The translations under genes were made by a program, and so were the position numbers. A model generated the notes under the pieces. It was not told where the DNA came from, ran no database searches, and saw nothing but the letters and a program-made list of their open reading frames with translations. DNA of 64,000 nt from Spirochaetota bacterium. Its GTDB lineage: Bacteria; Spirochaetota; UBA12135; COTS27; CAXSBA01. The first letter of the stretch is position 1, and each line of letters opens with the position of its first letter. Shown one piece after another: positions 1 to 9,757 of the stretch. The stretch spans positions 792,730 through 856,729 of the forward strand of contig OZ255710.1 of NCBI GenBank assembly GCA_965277105.1, given 5' to 3'.

Positions 1-425
1 AATACTTTTCTTTTAAAATTAGCTTTAATGACTAAACCAAGATTTAGTCATTGAAAAAAATTCATTAGAAAAAGATTACCTATAACCACTCCTTTAAAAG
101 ATTATATTTTATTAACATAACAATATTGTACAATAAATAAAAAACCTTGTCAAATTATTTTAACGAGAAACTACCTATTTTTACTTGATAAAAACCAAAT
201 GATTTATAAAATGCTGCTATTTTTGCTTTTATATTTTTAACGAAAATCATAAAAAAACTCAAAAAGCTCCTTTTTTAGGAAAAAAAAAATTTAAAATAAT
301 TTTAAAGATACGAAAAAAGCATTTTATGGTTGTGGATAATTTGATAAAAACAATAAAAAAGTTAGATTATAGTTTTTTTTGATAAAAATGTCCTACTATC
401 TCGTAGATAAAAACGGTTCTTGAAC

Positions 426-1542
426 CTATTTAAGGGGAATGATTAGTGTCTCGTTGTATTTTTTTAGTTTCTTCCCTAAGTAAAGCAAAAAGAAACCATA
501 ATAACTCATCCCATAACTTAAAAGGTTAAGCCTATTTAAGGTGCTATCGGCTAAAAAAGTAGTACCAATAACAGGAATGCTAAGAGCAATTATCACTTTT
601 TTTAAATAATTATCCGTAAAGTTACTTTTTATAGTCAAAGCCGTTAAACTATAAACTAAAACTAACAGCACAACTATCTTATCCATATGGGGGATAGCGC
701 TAGTTGCTTTTATTTTATTACTAACGATAAGAGGAGAAAAGTTTTCTAAATCATAAAACAAAAAAGGGAAAGTAATTAGCGAAAAACCCAAACCAATTGA
801 GAAGAGATAAAGTAGAGCTTTTTTTAAAGAAACTTTTTTGCTTAAAACAAAAAAAAGCACACCAACAAATACTAAAAAATTAATTTTCCAAGCAAGGGTA
901 ACACCTAAACAAAAGCACAGGAGTAAATTCCACGTCATTTTTTTAGGCAAGTTGGCGTTTTTAATAATAGTTACAGAAAGCACGCTAAGCAAAATACTAA
1001 CATTTAAAAAATCTCCCCCACTAATGTACTCATAAAAAATAGTAGGGGAAGCTAAAGAAAAAGCGATTAAAAGCAGGGCTATTTTCCTGCTTTGAAAATA
1101 TTTGATTAAAAAAAAATAGAAAAATAACAACCAAAAAATATTCTGATAAGCCGAGTTGCCTAAGAAAAAATAAAAAACAAAAGAAATAAAAAAAGCCCCC
1201 GGGAAACTACTAATGGGATTATCTAAATAAGTCTTAGCATAATACGGGTATTCCCCTTGTAAGATTTGCTCTATCCCTTTATTATTAGCATCATCGCGAT
1301 CGCTACCATGCTGAGAATTAGCGGGATTAAATAATTCACCTAAGCGATTTTCTAAAGGGTAAAAAAACTAAAAAAGCTCCCACCAAAACCAACGGAAAAA
1401 AATACTTGAACCAAAAAATATTTTTTTGATAAAAAGCATCAAATTGACTAATTATTTTCTTATTGACAAAGCAAACAATAAGGGTAATTAAAAATAAAAA
1501 GTAAACCCCAGCTCCCCAATAACCAAAAGCCTTAACCGGCAA
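426..1542 (-). pseudogene. Polytopic integral membrane protein with interrupted frame (family not recognised; GT-C-like glycosyltransferase is only a guess)
   Basis: ORFs 1336..1542 and 426..1130 are both strongly hydrophobic. The 426..1130 frame stays open without a start codon up to ~1366 (FFYPLENRLGELFNPANSQHGSDRDD...). The two frames overlap exactly in an A7 run (1361..1367), and removing one A gives one ~370-aa protein. Confidence 0.45.
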
Positions 1543-1627
1543 ATAAAGGGAAATAAAGGGAAATAAAAAAAGCGAAAAGGAAAAGTAAAACGGCTAACTC
1601 ATTCCTTTTTTTTATTCCCTGCACTTC

Positions 1628-2515
1628 TCACTTCTTTAAACTTTTTTTAAACGCGTGTAGGGTATTTTCCATAAGCATGGCGATGGTCATCGGCCCTACT
1701 CCACCAGGAACTGGCGTGATATGGGAAGCCTTTTCTTTGGTTCCGGCAAAATCCACATCTCCTACTAAAATGGCTTTCTTGCTTTGTGGGTTTTCTCCTA
1801 TTTTATTTACTCCCACGTCGATAATCACTGCCCCTTCTTTAACGTCTTCTTTTTGAATAAAATGGGCTTTCCCCATACAAGCAATTACCACGTCAGCTAC
1901 CCTAGTGTACTCCTGATAATTCTCACTTTTAGAATGCAAAACTGTTACCGTGGCATTAAGGAGTTTTTTTTCCAAAGCCATCGTGGCTACTGGTTTGCCT
2001 ACCAAGTTCGATCTTCCCAAGACCACTACATTTTTGCCTTGATAATTTACTGGAAGAGTTTTTAATAAGTAGATAATCCCTTTTGGGGTACAAGGGTAAA
2101 GTCCGTCGTTTTGGTAATTAGAAAACATCTCCCCTACATTATAGGGATGGAACCCATCCACGTCTTTTGCTGGGCTGATTTTTGCTATGATGTTTTCTAA
2201 ATTGATTTGGCGAGGGAGAGGAAGCTGGACGAGTATGCCATGGAATAAGGGGTTGTTATTATGCTCTTCAATTAGTTTAATTAACTCAGCTTCAGAAATG
2301 CCTTCGGGTAAATTAACCTGTTTTTCTAGGAAGCCAATTTCTTTAGCTTTTTTTATCTTCAAAGAAACATAGGATAAAGAGGCTGGATTATTCCCCACTA
2401 AAAAAGTCACTAACCCGGGAACTTGACCATGCTTTTCTTTAAGCGCTAAAACTTCGGCTTTTAAGTCATTTAAAACTGCTTGGCTAATCGCTCGCCCATC
2501 GATAATGTTGGCCAT
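1628..2515 (-). CDS. folD: Bifunctional 5,10-methylenetetrahydrofolate dehydrogenase / methenyl-THF cyclohydrolase
   Basis: 295 aa. N-terminus IIDGRAISQ...LKAEV, then PGLVTFLVGNNPASLSYVSLKIK, VQLPLP, GFHPYNVG, VVLGRSNLVGKP and TPVPGGVGPMTIAML are the classic FolD motifs. Confidence 0.95.
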   Translation of the reverse strand: MANIIDGRAISQAVLNDLKAEVLALKEKHGQVPGLVTFLVGNNPASLSYVSLKIKKAKEIGFLEKQVNLPEGISEAELIKLIEEHNNNPLFHGILVQLPLPRQINLENIIAKISPAKDVDGFHPYNVGEMFSNYQNDGLYPCTPKGIIYLLKTLPVNYQGKNVVVLGRSNLVGKPVATMALEKKLLNATVTVLHSKSENYQEYTRVADVVIACMGKAHFIQKEDVKEGAVIIDVGVNKIGENPQSKKAILVGDVDFAGTKEKASHITPVPGGVGPMTIAMLMENTLHAFKKSLKK

Positions 2516-2520
2516 TTTTT

Positions 2521-3753
2521 TTAATTAGTAGGAGGGAAAAAATTGTCTTTTTCTTTATTAAGGAGAATTTGAGCATCGTTAATATAACTAGTAGCAAAAC
2601 CCGCCTCACAATAAACCAAATAAAAAAACCATTTCCTAAAAAAACTTTCATCAAACCCTAGTTTAAAAACTTTAGCCTTATTCTGACTAAGATTTTTTTG
2701 CCAAGCATTAAGTGTCTTCGCATAGCTCTGCCCAATATTTTCAAAATGATCTAGAGTTATAGTAGTGTTTTCTTTCAGCTTGGTTAAAATATTTTGGATA
2801 GAGATCAAATGCGAGCCTGGGAAAATATGCTTTTGAATCCAGTTTACTTTTTTCACATAACTCTCATAATGATGATCGGGATAAGTAATGGCTTGAAGAA
2901 GGATAGCGCCCCCTTTTTTAAGTAGCTCATTACACTTGCTAACAAAGGTTTTGGTCTGCTTATGACCAATGGCTTCAATCATTTCAATAGAAACTATTTT
3001 GTCGAATTTACCTTTTTTTAGGCGGTAATCTTTAAGCTCAATCGTAATGTATTTTTCCATTTTTTCTTTTTTAATAAGCTGTTTAACATAGTCAAATTGC
3101 TCCTGGGAAATGGTGAGTGTGGTTACTTTGCTTTTATATTTTTTGGCCGCGTAAAAGGCAAATCCTCCCCAACCACTCCCTATTTCCAACAACTCAGTTT
3201 GGCTATTGAGTTGAAGCTTTTGGCAGATAGTTTCGTATTTATTTTGCTGAGACTTCGCTAAAGTGTCTTTTTTAGTTTTATAAATCCCACTAGAATAAGC
3301 CATAGTTTTATCCAGCATCAACTTAAAAAAATCATTATTCAAGTCATAGTGAAAAGATATATTTTCCTTAGCTTTTTTATAGTCGTTTTTACGGTTTTTA
3401 TTTTCTCTTACATTACTAAGAAATTTTAACCCGCCTATTAAAGAGCCTTGAATAATACTCCCCGCCATATCCGGAAGATAAGAAGAGTTTTGTAAAAACC
3501 AAAGCAAGACGTTATAAAGCGATTCGCTTTGCCAGTCGTTGTCGACGTAAGATTCTCCTAGGCCAATATCGCTATATAAAATTACCCGCTTATAAAAATC
3601 AGGGTTGTTAACTTCAATAACGCTTTTTTCTTTTTTAGGGTTACCGAAAACGTGCTCTTGTCCCTTTTCTTTAATGACCAAATAACCATTGGGACATTTA
3701 TCAATGTATTTTAAAAAAATATTTTTATAGAAATTATTACTCATTTTATTCAA
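2521..3753 (-). CDS. cfa: Cyclopropane-fatty-acyl-phospholipid synthase family SAM-dependent methyltransferase
   Basis: 410 aa. Shows HYDLNNDFF, MAYSSGIY, the SAM motif LLEIGSGWGGFAFYAAKKY, SIEMIEAIGH and a C-terminal YLVYCEAGF, the typical CFA synthase pattern. Confidence 0.88.
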   Translation of the reverse strand: MNKMSNNFYKNIFLKYIDKCPNGYLVIKEKGQEHVFGNPKKEKSVIEVNNPDFYKRVILYSDIGLGESYVDNDWQSESLYNVLLWFLQNSSYLPDMAGSIIQGSLIGGLKFLSNVRENKNRKNDYKKAKENISFHYDLNNDFFKLMLDKTMAYSSGIYKTKKDTLAKSQQNKYETICQKLQLNSQTELLEIGSGWGGFAFYAAKKYKSKVTTLTISQEQFDYVKQLIKKEKMEKYITIELKDYRLKKGKFDKIVSIEMIEAIGHKQTKTFVSKCNELLKKGGAILLQAITYPDHHYESYVKKVNWIQKHIFPGSHLISIQNILTKLKENTTITLDHFENIGQSYAKTLNAWQKNLSQNKAKVFKLGFDESFFRKWFFYLVYCEAGFATSYINDAQILLNKEKDNFFPPTN

Positions 3754-4040
3754 CTATATCTTAAACTATACTTTTTTTATTTTGATTTTGTTATATTTTG
3801 ATATTAAAGGTTTTTTAATAAAATAAATGATAACATGTTTTCTAAAAAAAATTATTGTCTTAAACTAATTAAAACTAGTAATTAACGCCTATTTAAAAAA
3901 CGTAAAGAAAAAAATTAAAAACGAAAAACCACTAAAACATTTTCTAAAAAAAATAATAATATTTAAAAAGTAAAATTTTATGATGGTATTTTTGGGGTTT
4001 TATTATTATAATAGGGTAAAAAAAAAGGAACTTCAAAAAT

Positions 4041-5528
4041 ATGAAAAATAGCGTTTTTATCAATGATTTTATTACATTTAAAACTAAAATTCTCATTCAC
4101 ATCACTTCTTTTATTACTATATTTTTCTTGATTATTTATGGGAAATTAGTTTGCCCATTTTTACAAGGCTTAGCTTTTATTGATTTTTTTAAGTTATTGG
4201 CGGTTTTATATTTTATTCAAATCATTATCCGCAATCTCATTTTTAATCATTTATCGGTTATTAAAGAAAACCAAACTCCCACTAGGGTAGCCTACAAGCA
4301 TTCAGTACTTACTTGGCTTATTATGGGAGTTTTGGCCGCAACGCTCTTTAAAATTATTTATAACGTCCATATCCCCTGGCACAGTCAGCTCAAAGTATTA
4401 AGTGGGTACTGGTTTTTGGGAGCAGGGATTAATGGGCAAATTGAATACATTATTTTTGAAAAAAGTTTCAAGCAGCACAATAAAATAGATTACAAGTCTT
4501 TTCTTGATTCCATCGTAAGTAGAATTAGCGAAAGTATTTTCATCTTCACCTTAGTGCCTAGCGTAACCCTTTTAATCATGGTCATTCGCTACATTTTTCA
4601 AGATAAAATCATCCCACTACCAGTAGCTGGAGAAGTGATTTTTATTGGCCTTTTTTTGATAACTGTAGCGTTAATAACGAGTTACCTTTACAGTAGGCAA
4701 TTATCTAATGATTTAAAAAAAATCTTAGGGGCAGTTGATAACTTAGAGAAAGGAATTTTTGATACCATTGACAATAAAAGAACCGATGAAATAGGGAAAA
4801 TCTCTTCGGAGATCAATCAAATGATCATGGGGTTAAAAAGAAAAGAATTAATCCAAAAAGCATTCGGTCACTTTGTCTCTCCACAAATCGCCGAGAACTA
4901 CCTACAGTCTTTTGGGATAAACGAAAACGCTGACCTTAGGGGAAAAGGAGAGATAAAACAATTAACTATTTTAATGAGTGACTTAAGAGACTTTACCCGC
5001 TTTTCAGAGAAAAAAAGCCCAACCGAGGTTACGAGTATTTTAAACGATTACTTTAGTAAAATGGTAGAGGCCACCGAAAAGCATGGAGGGATAGTGAATA
5101 AATTTATTGGAGATGGACTAATGGCTATCTTTGGGCTAGTTTCTAAAGACAATGAAACTTCGGCTACTAGTGCCCTTAAAGCAGCTAACGAAATGGAAGG
5201 CATGTTAGCTAAAATTAATCAAGATCTAAACCTATCTTTAAAATTTGGGGTTGGGCTCCACTATGGAAAAGTTTTATCTGGTTACATTGGCAGTAAAAAC
5301 CGTTTAGAATTCACCGTCATTGGCTCAGTGGTTAATCAAGCTAGTAGGATAGAGCAAGAAACTAAAGACAAAAACGCCCCTAATATTTTGTATTCAGCAG
5401 AAGTCGCTAAAGAGCTGACTAAAGATAATATTGATTCAAAATCGATTAAAGAAGTGCAGCTAAAGGGCATAGAAAAAAAGGTGTCGCTTTATTCTTTATC
5501 ATCTGAAAAAGCCCTTGGTAAATCGTAG
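4041..5528 (+). CDS. Membrane-bound class III adenylate/guanylate cyclase with HAMP linker
   Basis: The N-terminal ~220 aa carry multiple TM helices, followed by a HAMP-like segment (LKKILGAVDNLEKGIFD...EIGKISSEINQMIMGL). The cyclase core shows LTILMSDLRDFTRFSE, KFIGDGLMAIFG and VVNQASRIEQ. Confidence 0.85.
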   Translation: MKNSVFINDFITFKTKILIHITSFITIFFLIIYGKLVCPFLQGLAFIDFFKLLAVLYFIQIIIRNLIFNHLSVIKENQTPTRVAYKHSVLTWLIMGVLAATLFKIIYNVHIPWHSQLKVLSGYWFLGAGINGQIEYIIFEKSFKQHNKIDYKSFLDSIVSRISESIFIFTLVPSVTLLIMVIRYIFQDKIIPLPVAGEVIFIGLFLITVALITSYLYSRQLSNDLKKILGAVDNLEKGIFDTIDNKRTDEIGKISSEINQMIMGLKRKELIQKAFGHFVSPQIAENYLQSFGINENADLRGKGEIKQLTILMSDLRDFTRFSEKKSPTEVTSILNDYFSKMVEATEKHGGIVNKFIGDGLMAIFGLVSKDNETSATSALKAANEMEGMLAKINQDLNLSLKFGVGLHYGKVLSGYIGSKNRLEFTVIGSVVNQASRIEQETKDKNAPNILYSAEVAKELTKDNIDSKSIKEVQLKGIEKKVSLYSLSSEKALGKS

Positions 5529-5630
5529 ATAAAACTAATTGATGAAATAACTGTTTTCTTTTTTTTCTTTAACGAAAGATTATATGGTAAAATATAATCT
5601 CAAGAAATCCTAAAATTTTTTGCCCATTTT

Positions 5631-5703
5631 GCCCACATAGCTCAGTTGGTAGAGCACTTGCATGGTAAGCAAGAGGTCAGCAGTTCAATCCTGCTTGTGG
5701 GCT
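5631..5703 (+). tRNA. tRNA-Thr (anticodon GGT)
   Basis: Manual cloverleaf: acceptor gcccaca/tgtgggc, D arm gctc/gagc, anticodon stem cttgc/gcaag with loop atGGTaa, T arm agcag-ttcaatc-ctgct, discriminator t. Confidence 0.9.
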
Positions 5704-5885
5704 TATCGACCAAATCCAACCAACTTGAAATTACTAATAAAATTCCCATAAAAACTGATATAATTATAGCATGCTTATGATTAGTTGTCTAGATTAAAGC
5801 AACTGAAATGAAAATTAAAATTAATAAATTTATCGTATAGTATATTTATTATTTATTTAATATTTTATATTAAAGGAAAAAAATT

Positions 5886-7118
5886 ATGAAAAAAAAATTA
5901 TTAATGATTATAACGATTATAAAGGTCGCCTTGCTAGCCTCGGCGCTCTTTTTGGTCAGCTGTAATGAAAGAAGTGACACAGCAACACCTAGCGGAGATG
6001 ATACCCCTATCACTGACGCAAGTTGTACTTTTGTTTTTACTCCTGGAGAAGACCCAGAAGATGGTGAGGAAAATCCTTTTGATGAGAAAACAGGCGGGAT
6101 TTGTTCGGTCAAAGGCGATGTGGCTACTTTTACAACAACCTTAGCCTTTGAAGGGGAAAATGTCGAGTATACGATTTCTATTAACCAAGCTAATGGAACA
6201 TTTAAAGCTAGTATTGATGAAACTGATGAAATTACTGGTAAAGTTACAGTTAGTAATGATGGGAAAAAATGGGAGTGGGTGTTCCTTAATTCAATTGCTA
6301 CCTTGGAGATTACAGGTGATATTAGCGGAGGTGATACTAGCGGAGGTGATACTGCAACAGCTGAGGGCAAGGTTCTTTTTAAAGAAGGAAATAATGAATT
6401 TGGCGATATCTACGCTGGCGTTACTAATATGACGTGCACCCTTGAAGTGGAAGAAGCCGGTAAATCCCCGATAACCTATAACGGGATTTGCGGTAAAAAC
6501 AATGTGGAGGGATTTATTGCTTTTTACGATAAAGAAGATAACCCGAGCGTATCTGCTCGTTTGATTGTTCCCCATAACCAATACCCTGCCGAAGAAATCG
6601 AATATAGTGAGGCAGAAGCTATAAAAGAGAAAAACCCTACTGCTACTACTAAAGTTAGCCGAGAGAATAACGTCTGGGAAGGGAAAATAACTGATGGGGG
6701 AACTGATCTTTTGAAACTCACCATCACCACCGAAGACATAGTAGTGGCCGCTCCAGCAGATAGTAAGCCCTGTCAACTTGTAAATAAAATAATCGGTTAT
6801 GTTAAAATAAACAACTACACCTTAGACGGAAACTGCGTGCTGGCCCGTGATGCTAATGACGCCGTTACCAAACTAGACTTCACCAGCTCGCTAGCCAACC
6901 CTCCGGTCACCAGCTCTCTCCCAATCGGAGAAAAACAGATCCTTGTCTCCAGAGACAAGATCCCCCTAGTTAAGGATGTCTACCGTATTGGGGGTTATCT
7001 TTATAATGGTATTGGTAATACATTTGCAACTATTGATTTTAATAATGATAATGATAATACATTTACCACAAAAGCAAATTATACTACCATCTACGAATTT
7101 GATATTGTGCTCAAATAA
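5886..7118 (+). CDS. Paralogous surface lipoprotein, 3 Cys-pair modules (A-type 5' end)
   Basis: Signal peptide plus lipobox MKKKLLMIITIIKVALLASALFLVS|C. RBS aaagga lies upstream. Three modules each begin C-x-(F/L) with a second Cys ~17-24 aa later (SCTFVF...GICS; MTCTLEVEE...GICG; KPCQLV...GNCV). The core is shared with six neighbouring genes. Confidence 0.8.
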   Translation: MKKKLLMIITIIKVALLASALFLVSCNERSDTATPSGDDTPITDASCTFVFTPGEDPEDGEENPFDEKTGGICSVKGDVATFTTTLAFEGENVEYTISINQANGTFKASIDETDEITGKVTVSNDGKKWEWVFLNSIATLEITGDISGGDTSGGDTATAEGKVLFKEGNNEFGDIYAGVTNMTCTLEVEEAGKSPITYNGICGKNNVEGFIAFYDKEDNPSVSARLIVPHNQYPAEEIEYSEAEAIKEKNPTATTKVSRENNVWEGKITDGGTDLLKLTITTEDIVVAAPADSKPCQLVNKIIGYVKINNYTLDGNCVLARDANDAVTKLDFTSSLANPPVTSSLPIGEKQILVSRDKIPLVKDVYRIGGYLYNGIGNTFATIDFNNDNDNTFTTKANYTTIYEFDIVLK

Positions 7119-7356
7119 CTAGTTCCTTAAAAAGCGCCCCACGACTAAGCTAAGCTTCTAAACCATTCGTGGGGCGGGGACTTTTCTTCTCCGCCGGGGG
7201 TTGTTCTCCGCCGGGGGTTGCTAAACTTCTTCTATTTCTTCTATTTCCTCTAATAATTTTTTTAAAATTAAAACAACTGAAATGAAAATTAAAAAATTAG
7301 ATTGAATAAATTTATTGTATAATACATTATTATTTAATTTAATTCTAATTTAATTT
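7119..7356 (+). repeat. Conserved inter-paralog cassette (terminator hairpin, GC-rich 17-mer, phased TTCTAT repeats, promoter, RBS)
   Basis: The same ~240-bp block recurs at 8314..8589, 9517..9757, 10975..11160 and (broken) 11440..11677. It contains tctccgccgggggttgt twice in tandem (7188..7221), ttctat at 7230 and 7239, caactgaaatgaaaattaaaa, and TATAAT at 7318..7323. Confidence 0.8.
7135..7176 (+). terminator. Stem-loop after lipoprotein gene (10-bp GC-rich stem, 22-nt loop)
   Basis: cgccccacga (7135..7144) pairs with tcgtggggcg (7167..7176) and is followed by gggacttttcttct. The loop is large and the U-tract weak, so terminator function is inferred. Confidence 0.5.
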
Positions 7357-7371
7357 ATGAGGAGAAAAATT

Positions 7372-8313
7372 ATGACAAAAAAATTATTAATGATTATAAA
7401 AATCACCATGCTAATTTCGGTACTCTTTTTCGCCAGCTGTAACAGTAGCAGCAGTAGCAGCGATACAGCAACACCTAGTGGAGGTGATACTGCAGGTGAT
7501 ACTGCAATTGGAGAGGTCATCGGCACAACTGAGGGCAAGGTTCTTTTAATGAATAGTGGAAACTCTGAAATTGCCGGTGTCCACAATGGCGTTACTAATA
7601 TGACGTGCACCCTTGAAGTGGAAGAAGCCGGTAAATCCCCGATAACCTATAACGGGGCTTGCGATAAAGACACTTGGGAAGCAGTTATTTCTTTTCGCGA
7701 TAAAGAAGATGACCCGAGTATATCTGCTCGTTTGGTTGTTCCCCATACCTATTACTTTACCGAAGAAATCGAATATAGTAAGGCAGAAGATGTAGTCCGA
7801 GACAACCCTACTGCCACTACTAAAGTTAGCCGAGAGAATAACGTCTGGGAAGGGAAAATAACTGATGGGGGAACTGACCTTTTAAAACTCACCATCACCA
7901 CCAAAGACAAAGTAGTGCCCGCTCCAACAGGTAGCAAGCCCTGTCAACTTGTAAATAAAATGATCGTTTTTGAAAAAATAGACAACTACACCTTAGACGG
8001 ATACTGCGTGCTGACCTATGATACTGCTGGCACCACCGTTACCAAACTAGACTTCACCAGCTCACTAGCCAACCCTGCCGTCATCATCTCGCTCCCAATC
8101 GGAGAAACCGACCAGGTCAAAGCAGAAAGTGTACTAGACAATCGCTCCCTTTTTAAGGATGCCTATCTTATTGGGGGTTATCTTTATAATGGTATTACTC
8201 TTGAAACGACTATTGATTTTAATGATAATAAGAATAATACATTTACCGCAAAAATGAATTATGATAATGGTAATGGTGTGGCATCCGAATTTGATATTGT
8301 GCTCACCGAATAA
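7372..8313 (+). CDS. Paralogous surface lipoprotein, 2 Cys-pair modules (B-type 5' end)
   Basis: The ORF opens at 7357, but aggag at ~7362 followed by ATG 7372 gives MTKKLLMIIKITMLISVLFFAS|C. The Ser/Thr/Gly linker precedes the conserved core MTCTLEVEEAGKSPITYNG.C ... NNVWEGKITDGGTDLLKLTI ... KPCQLVNK...LDG.CVL...TKLDFTSSLANP. Confidence 0.8.
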   Translation: MTKKLLMIIKITMLISVLFFASCNSSSSSSDTATPSGGDTAGDTAIGEVIGTTEGKVLLMNSGNSEIAGVHNGVTNMTCTLEVEEAGKSPITYNGACDKDTWEAVISFRDKEDDPSISARLVVPHTYYFTEEIEYSKAEDVVRDNPTATTKVSRENNVWEGKITDGGTDLLKLTITTKDKVVPAPTGSKPCQLVNKMIVFEKIDNYTLDGYCVLTYDTAGTTVTKLDFTSSLANPAVIISLPIGETDQVKAESVLDNRSLFKDAYLIGGYLYNGITLETTIDFNDNKNNTFTAKMNYDNGNGVASEFDIVLTE

Positions 8314-8589
8314 CTAATAACTAGTTCCTTAAAAAGCGCCCCACGACTACTCTCAACTAAGCTGAACTTCTAGGCTTTCTTAGCTACTCGTAGGTGGCTT
8401 GTGGGGTGGTCGTGGGGCGGAGACTTTTTCTCTCCCCCTCCGCCGGGGGTTGTTAAACTTCTTCTATTTTTTCTATTTTTTCTATAAATTTTCTAGATTA
8501 AAGCAACTGAAATGAAAATTAAAATTAATAAATTTATCGTATAGTATATTTATTATTTATTTAATATTTTATATTAAAGGAAAAAAATT
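8314..8589 (+). repeat. Inter-paralog cassette copy (long-loop hairpin 8337..8419, TTCTAT x3 at 8462/8471/8480)
   Basis: cgccccacgac (8337..8347) pairs with gtcgtggggcg (8409..8419). Then come ccgccgggggttgtt, three ttctat hexamers 9 bp apart, and the A-type promoter/leader, which is identical to 5788..5885. Confidence 0.75.
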
Positions 8590-9516
8590 ATGAAAAAAAA
8601 ATTATTAATGATTATAACGATTATAAAGGTCGCCTTGCTAGCCTCGGCGCTCTTTTTGGTCAGCTGTAATGAAAGAAGTGACACAGCAACACCTAGCGGA
8701 GGTGATACTGCAATTGGAGAGGTCATCGGTACAGCTGAGGGCAAGATTTTTTTTAAAGGAAGTGGAAAACCTGAGATTGGCAATGTCTACGCTGGCGTTA
8801 GTAATATGACGTGCACCCTTGAAGTGGAAGAAGCCGGTAAATCCCCTACAACCTATAACGGGATTTGCGGTAAAAGCGACGTGGAAGTAGCTATTTCTTT
8901 TCGCGATAAAGAAGATGACCCGAGTATATCTGCTAGTTTGGTTGTTCCCAATATCTATTACCTTACCGAAGAAATCGAATATAGTAAGGAAGAAACTATA
9001 AAAGGGGAAAACCCTCATGCCACTACTACGGTTATCCGGAAGAATAACGTCTGGGAAGGAAAAATAACTGATGGGGGAACTGACCTTTTAAAACTCACCA
9101 TCAAAACCAAAGACAAAGTAGTGCCCGCTCCAACAGGCAGTAAGCCCTGTCAACTTGTAAAGAAACAAGTCTACTCCGATTATTTAAACGACTACACCTT
9201 AAACGGGAACTGCGTGCTGGCCTATGATACTGCTGGCACCACCGTTACCAATATAAACTTCACCAGCTCGCTAGCCAACCCTCCCGTCACCGCCTCGCTC
9301 CCAATCGAAGAAATCGAGATCACCGAAGACAATCTATCTATTCTGGATGATTATTTCTACCGTATTGGGGGTTATCTTCATGCTAATATTGATTATGTAG
9401 CTAGCCAATCAGGCTCTATTAATGTTTTTAAAAAACCTGCAAATGATAACGAATTTACCGCATTGTTTTATCTGCCAAACACGGTATTGGAATTTGATAT
9501 TGTGCTCACCGAATAA
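8590..9516 (+). CDS. Paralogous surface lipoprotein, 2 Cys-pair modules (A-type 5' end)
   Basis: The first ~37 codons are identical to gene 5886 (MKKKLLMIITIIKVALLASALFLVSCNERSDTATPSG). The core resembles 7372..8313, and the C-terminal third is shared with 13071..13976 (LPIEEIEITEDNLSILDDYFYRIGGYLHANIDY). Confidence 0.8.
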   Translation: MKKKLLMIITIIKVALLASALFLVSCNERSDTATPSGGDTAIGEVIGTAEGKIFFKGSGKPEIGNVYAGVSNMTCTLEVEEAGKSPTTYNGICGKSDVEVAISFRDKEDDPSISASLVVPNIYYLTEEIEYSKEETIKGENPHATTTVIRKNNVWEGKITDGGTDLLKLTIKTKDKVVPAPTGSKPCQLVKKQVYSDYLNDYTLNGNCVLAYDTAGTTVTNINFTSSLANPPVTASLPIEEIEITEDNLSILDDYFYRIGGYLHANIDYVASQSGSINVFKKPANDNEFTALFYLPNTVLEFDIVLTE

Positions 9517-9757
9517 CTAGTTCCTTAAAAAGCGCCCCACGACTAAGCTAAGCTTCTAAACCATTCGTGGGGCGGGGACTTTTCTTCTCCGCCGGGGGTT
9601 GTTCTCCGCCGGGGGTTGCTAAACTTCTTCTATTTCTTCTATTTTTCTAATAATTTTTTTCTTCTAAGTTAAAACAACTGAAATAAAAATTAAAAAATCA
9701 AATTGAATAAATTCATTGTATAATACATTATTATTTAATTTAATTCTAATTTAATTT
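9517..9757 (+). repeat. Inter-paralog cassette copy (hairpin 9533..9574, tandem GC-rich 17-mers)
   Basis: Near-identical to 7119..7356. cgccccacga (9533..9542) pairs with tcgtggggcg (9565..9574). Confidence 0.75.

Noticed and set aside
1784-2372. Plus-strand ORFs 1784..2065 and 2187..2372, and similar short antisense ORFs elsewhere (e.g. 838..1035, 23182..23394, 28257..28619, 39750..40007, 44105..44425, 54044..54577).
   Set aside because: Each is fully embedded antisense in a longer ORF with strong homology-type motifs (folD, sheath/tube, SDR, glpD, etc.). The AT-rich sequence makes such open antisense frames common.
7302-7323. ttgaat (7302..7307) as the -35 box partnering TATAAT (7318..7323).
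   Set aside because: The spacer is only 10 nt, whereas a sigma-70 promoter requires 16-18. The -10 box is plausible, but the -35 assignment is not.
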